Assembly (NCBI RefSeq): GCF_036365525.1
Contig: NW_027142325.1
Span: 372,001 to 436,000 of the forward strand
Reading direction: 5' to 3'
DNA from: Heterodontus francisci
Taxonomy: Eukaryota
Length of the DNA: 64,000 bases
Positions 1 to 9,933 of this stretch are shown in pieces. Every line of letters starts with the position of its first letter. Position 1 is the stretch's first letter. A program made the translations under genes and the position numbers. The notes under the pieces are model-generated. The model ran no database searches. It was not told the DNA's origin and saw only the letters and a list, made by a program, of their open reading frames with translations.

Positions 1-398
1 GAAATAAATATAAGACCAAAAGAAATAGTCACCAGCTACTCACTGATCAGCTTATTCTCTTATGCTGATGTTGCTTTAGGTTTTTTGTAACTCGCTCCCA
101 GACACTCACTCTCCCCAGAGTGGGAGCATTATATATTTGGGCAGTGGCTGAACCCGAGACACTACACATGTAGTGTCTCCCACCCGCCCTCCTCCTCTAA
201 CCAAAAAAAAAGGACTCTGGTGTGTTGATAAGGTAAGCTTTTTTATTTCTTCTGTATTGTGTGATTGGTTAAAAATCTACTTTCTTTTTTTGATTTATCT
301 ATTAATTGGTTATTTGAAAAAGACCATAGCAGAGAAGTATCAGAAAGTATTTAACTCATAAATTTATATAAAGTAATAAAGTAATTAACTAAGTAGAA

Positions 399-1331
399 AT
401 GGCTGGGCAGGTGATGTGCTGTAGCTGTATGATGTGGGAGCTGGCTGTCCCCATTGTGAACGGCAGGGACCACATCTGCAGCAAGTGTTGGTTGCTGGAA
501 GAACTCCGGCTCAGAGTTGATGATCTGGAATCTGAGCTTCAAACACTACGGCACATCCGGGAGGGGGAGAGTTACCTGGACGTTTTGTTTCAGGAGGCAG
601 TCACACCTGGTAGATTAAGTAATTCAAATTCAGTTAGTGATCAGGGACAACAGGGTGTGATTGCAAGTGAGGCAGGTAGGGGGATCCTGAGTTCAGGAGT
701 GGAGGAGCCTCAGCCTTTGACCTTATCCAACAGGTACGAGATACTTGCTCCCTGTCTGGATGAGGAAAAGGGCTGCGGGGAGGATGAGCCAACTGACCAT
801 GGCACCATGGTGCAGAAGGCCATTCAAGAGGGGGGAGCAAAAAGACAAGTGGTAGTTTTTGGAGATTCTATAATTAGGGGGATAGATAGTATCCTTTGCA
901 AGCCGGATCGGGAGTCCCGCATGGTGTGTTGCCTGCCCGGTGCCAGGGTGCAGGACATCTCTGACCGGCTTGAAAGGATATTGGAGCGGGAGGGGGAGGA
1001 TCCAGTTGTTGTGGTCCACATTGGGACTAACAACATAGGCAAGGCTAGGATGGAGGACCTGTTTGGGGATTATAAAGCACTGGGAGCGAAATTAAGGAAC
1101 AGGTCCTCGAGGGTCATAATTTCCGGATTACTGCCCGAGCCACGTGCAAATTGGCTTAGGGATAAGAATACTAGGGAAGTAAACAGGTGGCTAAGGGAGT
1201 GGTGTGGGAAAGAGGGGTTCCATTTCATGGGGCATTGGCATCAGTTTTGGAACCGGGGGGGATCTGTACCGATGGGACGGTCTCCACTTGAACTGATCTG
1301 GAACCAGTGTTCTAGTGAAACGGATAAATAG
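399..1331 (+). CDS. CR1 ORF1p (Cys-rich N-terminus, coiled coil, SGNH/GDSL esterase); frameshifted near the 3' end at a G homopolymer (~1255-1262)
   Basis: CCSCMMW..CSKC; VVFGDSIIRG (block I); CCLPGA; VVHIGTNN (block III); the DGLHL block V lies in the adjacent frame. Confidence 0.88.
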   Translation: MAGQVMCCSCMMWELAVPIVNGRDHICSKCWLLEELRLRVDDLESELQTLRHIREGESYLDVLFQEAVTPGRLSNSNSVSDQGQQGVIASEAGRGILSSGVEEPQPLTLSNRYEILAPCLDEEKGCGEDEPTDHGTMVQKAIQEGGAKRQVVVFGDSIIRGIDSILCKPDRESRMVCCLPGARVQDISDRLERILEREGEDPVVVVHIGTNNIGKARMEDLFGDYKALGAKLRNRSSRVIISGLLPEPRANWLRDKNTREVNRWLREWCGKEGFHFMGHWHQFWNRGGSVPMGRSPLELIWNQCSSETDK

Positions 1332-1431
1332 GGTGGTCTCTAGGACTTTAAACTAGTGACTCAGGGGGCAGGGAAAGGGAAAACGACAGGGAGTATGATG
1401 GTAAATAAAAAGGTAAGCAGCAGGTTAACGT

Positions 1432-4259
1432 GTGCAGGAGGGTTTAAGTTCAAGGCAGACTATGAAAGAAGCAGAAAGGAAGGATAACTCAGGAGTTATT
1501 ATTAGAGATGTTGGAAATCATGAGGGTAAGAAAGCTAGCATAAAGGCACTTTACCTGAATGCTCGTAGCATTCGTAACAAGGTTGATGAGTTAACGGCAC
1601 AAATCATCACGAATAAATATGATTTGGTAGCCATTACGGAGACATGGTTACAGGTTGGTCACGACTGGGAGTTAAATATCCAGGCGTACCAGACTATTCG
1701 GAAGGACAGACAGGAAGGTAAGGGAGGTGGTGTAGCTCTGATATTCAAGGACGACATCAGGGCAGTGCTGAGAGATGATATAGGTTCTATGGAGAATGAG
1801 GTTGAATCAATTTGGGTGGAAATTAGAAACTCTAAGAAGAAAAAGTCATTGATAGGCGTAGTCTATAGGCCACCAAATAATATCACATTGGGGCGGGCAA
1901 TAAACAAAGAAATAACTAATGCCTGTAAAAATGGTACGGCAATTATCATGGGGGATTTTAATCTACATGTAGATTGGTCGAACCAGCTCAGTCAGGGTAG
2001 CCTTGAGGAGGAATTCGTTGAGTGTATCCGTGATAGTTTTCTTGAACAGTATGTAATGGAACCGACGAGGGAGCAAGCTATCCTAGATCTAGTCCTGTGT
2101 GATGAGACAGGAATAATTAATGACCTCATAGTTAGGGATCCTCTTGGAAGGAGTGATCACAGTATGGTTGAATTTAGAATACAAATGGAGAGTGTGAAGA
2201 TAAAATCCAATACCAGGGTCCTGCGCTTGAACAAGGGGGACTACAATAGAATGAGGGAGGACTTGGCTAAAGTAGACTGGAAACAAAGATTTTATGGTGG
2301 GACAGTTGACGAGCAGTGGAGGACTTTCAAAGCAATTTTTCAAAGTGCTCAGCTAAAGTATATTCCAGTGAAAAGGAAGGACTGGAAGAAAAGGGGTAAT
2401 ATGCCATGGGTGTCTAAGGAAATAAGGGAGGCTATCAAATTGAAAGAGAAGGCATACAAAGTGGCCAAAAGCAGCTTGAAACTAGAAGATTGGGAAAACT
2501 TTAAAGGTCAACAGAAAGCCACAAAAAGAGCTATAAAGAAAAGTAAGATAGAACATGAGAAAAAACTAGCACAGAATATAAAGACAGATAGCAAAAGTTT
2601 CTATAAATATATAAAACGAAAAAGAGTGGCTAAAGTAAACGTTGGTCCTTTAGAGGATGAGAAGGGGAATTTAGTTATGGGATATGATGAAATGGCCGAG
2701 GCATTAAACAGGTATTTTGTATCGGTCTTCACAGTGGAGGACATTAATAACATGCCAGTAATTGACAAAGAGACGAACGTAGGTGAGGACCTGGAAACAA
2801 TCATTATTACGGAAGAGGTAGTGTTGGGCCAGCTAATGGAGCTAAGGATTGATAAGTCTCCTGGCCCTAATGGAATGTCCCAGCTGATTGGAAAACAGCA
2901 GATGTGACGCCACTGTTTAAAAAGGGAGGTAGACAAAAGATGGGGAATTATAGACCGGTTAGCTTAACCTCTGCAGTGGGGAAGATGCTTGAGTCTATTA
3001 TCAAGGAAGAAATAGCAGGGCATCTCGATAGAAATTGTCCCGTTGGGCAGACGCAGCATGGGTTCATGAAGGGCAGGTCATGCTTGACAAATCTTTTGGA
3101 ATTCTATGATGACATTACGAGCAAGGTGGACAATGGGGACCCAGTGGATGTGGTGTACCTAGATTTCCAAAAGGCCTTAGACAAGGTGCCGCACAAGAGG
3201 CTGCTGCATAAGATAATGATGCATGGCGTCAGGGGTAAAGTATTAGCATGGATAGAGGATTGGTTGACTAACAGGAAGCAGAGAGTGGGGATAAATGAGT
3301 GCTATTCTGGTTGGCAATCAGTCACTAGTGGTGTGCCTCAGGGATCGGTGTTGGGACCGCAATTATTTACAATTTATATAGATGATTTGGAGTTGGGGAC
3401 CACGTGTAGGGTGTCAAAGTTTGCAGATGACACTAAGATGAGTGGCAGAGCAAAGTATGCAGATGACTGTGAAACTTTGCAGAGGAACATAGATACATTG
3501 AGTGAGTGGGCAAAGGTCTGGCAGACGGAATACAATGTTAATAAATGTGAAGTCATTCATTTCGGTAGGAGTAACAGTAAAAACGATTATTACTTGAATG
3601 GTAAAAAGTTGCAGCATGCTACTATGCAGAGGGACCTGGGTGTCCTTGTGCATGAATCGCAGAAGGTTGGTCTGCAGGTACAGCAAGTAATTAGGAAGGC
3701 AAATGGAATTTTGTCCTTCATTGCTAAAGGGATTGAGTTTAAAAGCAGAGAGGTTATGTTGCAGCTGTATAAGGTACTGGTGAGGCCGCACCTGGAGTAC
3801 TGTGTGCAGTTTTGGTCTCCTTACTTGAGAAAGGATATACTGGCACTGGAGAGGGTGCAGAGGAGGTTCACTAGGTTGATTCCAGAGTTGAGGGGGTTGG
3901 CTTATGAGGAGAGACTGAGTAGATTGGGATTATATTCATTGGAATTCAGAAGAATGAGGGGGGATCTTACAGAAACATATAAAATCATGAAGGGAATAGA
4001 TAAGATACAAGTAGAGAGGATGTTTCCACTGGCAGGTGAAGCTAGGACAAGAGGGCATAGCCTCAAGATTAGAGGGAGCAGATTTAGGACTGAATTAAGA
4101 AGGAACTTCTTCACCCAGAGGGTTGCTAATCTGTGGAATTCCTTGCCCAGTGAAGTAGTTGACGCTTCTCCAGTAAACGTTTTTAAAGCTAAGGTAAATA
4201 TCTTTTTGAACAATAAAGGAATTAAGGGATACGGTGGGAGCGCGGGTAAGTGGATCTGA
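1432..4259 (+). pseudogene. CR1 ORF2p (AP endonuclease + reverse transcriptase), split by a short internal deletion near 2880
   Basis: YLNARSI, AITETWL, MGDFN, SDH (APE); [30 protein letters not shown] (RT). The HPRVLKEVA...IFQ..DSG segment seen in other CR1 copies of this window is missing between SPGPNGM and (P)ADWK. Confidence 0.92.
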
Positions 4260-4379
4260 GTCCACGAAAAGATCAGCCATGATCTTATTGAATCGCAGAG
4301 CAGGCTTAAGTGGCCGGACGGCCTACTCCTGCTCCTAGTTCTGATGATCTTATGATCTTATTACTCTGTATCTTGCCCG

Positions 4380-7300
4380 TTTTTTTCATCTCTATTTTTA
4401 TAATATGGCCTTTATGCCCCAGGACCCTTTTATATATTTTATGTCGAGGTGGCCTTTATTTTTCTGGCCCCCTTTATATACATTTTATAAAAATAACTTT
4501 ATTAAAAAAAGATAAATAAAACAAAACTCAAATTAAAATGCCATTCTCGGCATCAATTATGCACTCCAGCCCCGACAGTGCTCACCGGTCGTGGAAGGCC
4601 TCAAGCGTACCGGCGGACGCCGCATGCTCCTTCTCCGGGGACAACTGGGCACGAACGTAACTGCGGAAGAGGGGCAGGCAATCAGGGAGGACGGACCCCC
4701 CGATGACCCGCAGCCTGGAAATGTGAATTGCCACCTTGGCCAGGCCCAGGAGCAGACCAATGAGGAGATCCTCCTCCCGGCCCACGCCCCTCCGCATCGG
4801 GTGCCCAAAGATCAGGAGCGTGGGGCTGAAGTGCAACCAAAACCTGAGGAGCAGCCCCTTCAAATACTCAAACAGGGGCTGCAACCTCGCACACTCCATA
4901 TACACGTGGAAAACGGACTCATCCGGACCGCAGAATTTACAGGCGGCCTGGGAGTCCGTGAACCTACTTAAAAGTCTATAGCACGGGACTGCCCTGTGCA
5001 ACACCCTCCACCCGAGGCCCCCAATGTAAAGGAGGATTCCCGCATAGAGAGACCTCCATCGGGGTTTCCCCTTGCTGCCAGATGGCAACACGGACTGCCA
5101 GGGCGTGTCTGACCAGCTGATGAGGGCGAGGAAGTGGAGAGTGAGCAGGAGCAGCCCGCACAGGAAACCCCTCCCCCCCAATTGGAATGACCCGGAGGGC
5201 ATTTCCGATGAGCAGTTCCGGCCAAGCCCCCTCGTCACCCGCAGTGAGGGGCGTCCTGGGGGCTTCAGCTACTTATTCGGCCGTCGGTCCATCCCTGGGG
5301 CCGGCCCACCAGACAGCCAGTTTTTAAGCAGGCGGAGATCGCCCCTCTTCGGCAGCAGGACGATGACCACCCTGCGCCACGAGACGGGCATCTCCCCGGT
5401 CGCCAGGCTTTCCCCCAGGACCCGCGCGTAATCGTCCCTCAGGACGTCCCAGAATGCCCTGAGGAACTCCACGGTCAGCCCGTCCAGCCCTGGGAATTTG
5501 CCCCTCGAGAGCTGGTGGAGGGCGCCAGTCAGCTCCGCCAACGTGAGCGGAGCCTCCAATCCTTTGGCGCCCTCCGGGCTGACCTGCGGCTGGTCCTCCC
5601 ACAAAACTCTGCGCGCGTCCTCGCTGGACGGATCCGGAGAGAACAACGCACTGTAATAAGTACGGACCAGGAGGTCCATTCCCTCTGGATCTGTGACGGA
5701 GGATCCGTTGTCAGCCAGCAGCTCAGCGAGCTGCTTACGGACATCCCGCCATTTTTCCAGCGAGTAGAAGAAGGGTGAGGCGTTGTCCAAATCTTCCAGG
5801 ATCTGGATCCTCGACCTCACGTATGCGCCTCGGGACCCTATGTGCTGCAGGTCCTCAGCGCGCCCTTCTCTTTGTACGCCTACCACAGGGCCAGGTCCGC
5901 GACGGCATGACCGAGGCGGGACTCCAAGTCGAGCACCTCCCTCTCTAGGTGCCTGATCTCGGCTTCCCGCCTCTTGGTCGACCCCTTCGCGTACTCCTGA
6001 CTGAAGACGCGGATGTGAGTCTTGCCCACATCCCACCATAGCCTCAAGGAGGGGAAGCCCCCCTGCTTCCTTCTCCAGTCAGCCCAGAATCGACGGAATG
6101 AGTCCCGGAATCGCTCATCTTCCAGCAGCCGGTTGTTAAAGTGCCAGTACGCGGACCCCGTGTGAGGAGCGGAATGAACTCTGCCCACACCAGGTGGTGG
6201 TCCAAGCACTGCACCAGCCGCATGGAGGCTGCCGAGACGCGGGAGACGAGCGCCTGCAAAAAGTAGAGGCAGCCGATTCGGGACCCTCCTCCTCCAGACC
6301 TCCAGGTGAAGGCGCTGGAGTTGGGATGGAGATTCCGCCAGACGTCCACCAAGTTAAGGGAGCTGATCAGTTCCCTCAACTTCTCCACCGACGCTTCGCC
6401 GCGCTGGGGACCGCAGCGATCCTCCACCTCGAGGGTGCAGTTAAAATCCCCCCCAAGGATGATGCACTTGCCGCTATCGATGGAGCTCAAGAGAGCGGAC
6501 ACTTCTTCAAAGAAGCGTGTGGGTTTCCTGCAGAAAATTCACCGCATATCTCCCTTCCCTGAGGACTGAGAGATTGTGAAATCTGCGGTGAGACCCCCTG
6601 CTGCCCTTGATGTTGAGGCTGGCTATGGTTATCTTCATGTCAAAGGTACTTAAAACCCGTCACCAACACCTCACTGTGAGGAGGGAACGGAAGTTCACCT
6701 GGCCCTCCACTCCCCCAGCAACCCATCGAGGAATGCATTAAAACGGCACCTCTCAACCAGTTTCGTGCCCTCACCCTTGCCCGCTTTCTTGAGGGCGGCA
6801 TGGACAGACTGGATGATCAGCTCCAGACTCGACCAACGGCCGAGGGCCAGCTGAACTTTATCGCGGCAACCCCTGCAAGCCGCGAGGAAATCCCGGAGTT
6901 CCGCCGTGGGGATGAGAGGAGACTCGGTGGGAGGCACGAGGGACTCTACCACCTCACTGGCAATGGAATCAAGGTTGTCCTCCATGCCCCAAACCGAGTC
7001 CCCATCCTCCTCCTGGTTGTCACTGCCAGCGGTCGACACACCCACCACACACTGTGGGCGGACGTCCCGGCCGCGCCAGCTGGTCCCGCCTCCGTCACGA
7101 TCCCACCCACAGGATCGATGGCGGAGGAGTCCCCTCTGGGTTCTAAGATGGAACTGGAGCCTGTGGGCACCAGCGGTTCAGGACCCTGCTCCACCTCCGT
7201 CCCCAGGCCAATGAGCAGTCCAGGGGAGACGGAAGTTCCCGACTCCGGAAATCCAGCCGGTGCTGAGACCGGAGGTGAAGAGAGGAGGCCATCTCCCGCT

Positions 7301-9331
7301 CCGCCAGCACCCACAGGCCCAGCAGATGGGGCAGCATTTTCAGTTATAACCAGGTCTGGTGTCTCCTGGTTGTCAGTGGATTCTGGCTGGGAGGGCCGAC
7401 CCTTTGGGGACTCGCCCTCCCCTCCACGCAGGCCACCGGACCCAGTGGCAGAACGGGAGGCTTCTCCAGAAGCGTCCCCAGACTCCCCCACCACAAGTAG
7501 GGCTTCAATTGCTCCCACAGGAGGGGCTGCATGTAGCGGGGCCTCCCCCTCCCCTCCATCCTGAAGAATAGGGAGCTCCTACCCAGACTTTGCAGTCTTG
7601 ATGTTGGTGGTGGTAGGGGGAACCTGGGGACCCGAAACAGGAGACAGCTCCCCTCCAACAGATGGGCCCTGCACCTCAGGGCCCTGTGTTACCTCTGTGG
7701 AGGGGTGCCTTCTCCTCTTTTTCCCACTGGGGCACAGAGGCTCAGAGACCTCCATGTCATCAGAGGCCTCCGCCTCCGCACCCTTTTTTTTTTAGTTACT
7801 CTGGGCCTGAGCCCAGCCTTGGGACAGGTGGATTCCCTGGGAGCGGGCCTTGGGCTGAGCCCAGACTCAGATTGTGTCACGGCGTCCAGGGAATGAGCCT
7901 CTCAGTGTTTACTTTTCCTCCACGCCTTCCTTCCACTCGGACGGGCACTCCCCTCCCCGCCGGAGGCTGTGAAAACCACAGCCTCCGGAACCGACTAAGC
8001 GGTGTCTGTTGGATGTGTGGGGTGAGTGGGAGGAGGTGCAGTGTCGCCACCCTGGGCCGCCGAAGTGGAACTGGCGGCCGGGAGGTTGGGGCAGTTCTTA
8101 TGAACATGCCCCACCCCCTTGCAGACGTGGCACCACACCCCGTCTAAGGTCCAAAAGACGTGGTAGACCGTCCCTGGAACTCCACACTGAAGTGGTCCTC
8201 CAAGACCTCCTCCCACGCCAGCTGCATAAATAGCTGGCGGCGGAAGGAGTAGACATGTCGGAGGCTGTGCTCCCGAAGACTAAGCCGGACTGGGGTGATC
8301 CCCGACCTCACCTCCCCCAGATGGTGCAGGTGGGGAAGGAGGAGCTCACTGGGAATAAAGGGCGGCACATTTGATAACATTATCCGCTGCGCAGTGGCCC
8401 CTAGAGGGTTCACCGGCAGGAAAGTCCAACCCACAGTGAGCCCTTTATTCAGGGCCAGGGGCACGGCCCGCTCGGTCTTCAGGAAGAACACAGCCTGCCC
8501 GTACATTTTTGAGGCTGCCACAATGGCTGAGGGGCCGACAACCTCGGCCATTGCCTTTACGCAGGCCTCTATAGACATTGGGGTGGGGATAGCTCTTTAC
8601 CCCATGGCTCGAAGTAATGAATTTAAAAGGTGACGGGGTCACACGGGCGGCCACAGAGGCTACAGCCGCATAGGTATGAGAAGGCCCCGCCACCAGTGAT
8701 GATGGGCTTGCCATGGTTCAAGAGCCAAACCCATCCCCAAATTGCAGGCAAACAAGCAAAAACAAAGAAACCAACTAGTAGGTTTGGGGAGAGGCTGAGG
8801 GAATACAGGAAAGGGGAAAGACAGGTTGCAAGCGATGACTTTGCTTTTTTTTTCTCCTTGAAGGGTGGTACTCAGAGCACTGTAAACACTCCTGGTCTTC
8901 CGGTTTTCTGGTTGTGGGAGGGGTCTTTTCCTGGGTCAGCCGAAAGCTGCCCAGGCACTAGTTAGATCCTTCTGTCTCTATAGCCAGGCAGCTTCAGCTG
9001 ACTCAGGCTGGGCAATTAGGGTGGGGAGGGAGCTTCCTTGTGTATTCAGTGCAATGGCACAGATCCCTGCAGAATTGTACAGCCCCCACCCCTTGTTGTT
9101 CCGGCCTCTTCCACCTCCCACAACAGTCCAAATGAATTAAAGCCTGGTGCTCGACACCCACCTCGAAATACAGCCTTATTGCCAAAGTCTTTCCTCCTCT
9201 GCAGCAAAAGTTGTTCAAAATTTTGCAGTTCAGTCCTCAGCTCTCCCTCTACAACAGCACCTCCAGCAACTGACTGCAGCACTATCAGCTGCACCTCGTT
9301 GATGCACTCAGCACCTCCAACTGGTTAGCAG
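4380..9331 (-). mobile_element. Tx1-clade LINE, internally deleted copy (Tx1 copy 1; RT domain lost)
   Basis: Collinear with 9807-16420: ORF1 from MASPSS (~8714) with CHVCKGVGHVHKNC knuckle, APE remnant, C-terminal CKFC...HVYMEC; poly(T) on + at 4380; RT region absent at the ~5315 junction. Confidence 0.92.
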
Positions 9332-9340
9332 CTAACCCCG

Positions 9341-9675
9341 TTTTTTTTTTTCTTTTTTTTTTAGCTGCAAGACGGAGGAGTCGCTGGAGGAGGTGGAGGG
9401 TGAGAGACGCTGCCCGGAGGGGTCGGGATGGGTCGGGCGGCCCGGGATCCGGGGTAGGGAGTCACAGGGGGCGGGGGGAAGGGGATTAATGCCCCCCAAC
9501 TCTTTCTGCCGCCCTCCTTTTCCCCCATTTTTTTTCCATGCGGATTCCCTATGTAAACAGGTCACGCTGCAGTTCCAGCTTACGGCCACTGGCGGCGCTG
9601 CAGTTTGAGGCCTGGATTTTTAAAAACCCACAGCCTGGGCTGAGGGGCGGCTTCAGTCTGGGAAATGCAGACCTG
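9341..9675 (-). mobile_element. Unclassified ~335-bp GC/CpG-rich poly(A)-tailed insertion at the Tx1 target site
   Basis: Starts directly after ctaaccccg with T11-C-T10; the target repeat resumes (gtgctgt) at 9676; no similarity seen to the Tx1 body and no tRNA A/B boxes recognised. Confidence 0.6.
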
Positions 9676-9806
9676 GTGCTGTCCCGGGCTGTATGATAGA
9701 GAATCCAGGGAGCTTTACTCTGTATCTAACCCCCGTGCTGTACCTGTCCTGGGGAGTGTTTGATGTGGACAGTGTGGAGGGAGCTTGACTCTGTATCTAA
9801 CCCCCG
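9676..9806 (+). repeat. ~71-bp tandem repeat units (gggagctttactctgtatctaacccccgtgctgtacctgtcctggggagtgtttgatgtggacagtgtgga); Tx1 target
   Basis: Unit starts at 9708 and 9779; further pieces at 4361-4379, 9332-9340 and 16421-16540. Confidence 0.88.
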
Positions 9807-9933
9807 TTTTTTTTTTTTTTCTTTTTTTTTTATATTTTATGTCGAGGGGGCCTTTATTCCTCAGGCCCCCTTTATATACACACTTATATTTTTAAAATAA
9901 CTTTATTAAAACCAGATAAATAAACAAAAAAAC

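Larger units (their letters stand above)
128..4360 (+). mobile_element. Near full-length CR1-clade LINE (CR1-A)
   Basis: ORF1 with N-terminal Cys motif/coiled coil plus SGNH esterase; ORF2 APE+RT; 3' tail ctcctgctcctagttctgatgatcttatgatctta (short tandem-repeat tail typical of CR1). 5' boundary uncertain. Confidence 0.93.

Noticed and set aside
4340-4350. ctgatga in the CR1 tail as a hammerhead core
   Set aside because: No downstream stem II/GAAA; it is part of the tandem tail repeat
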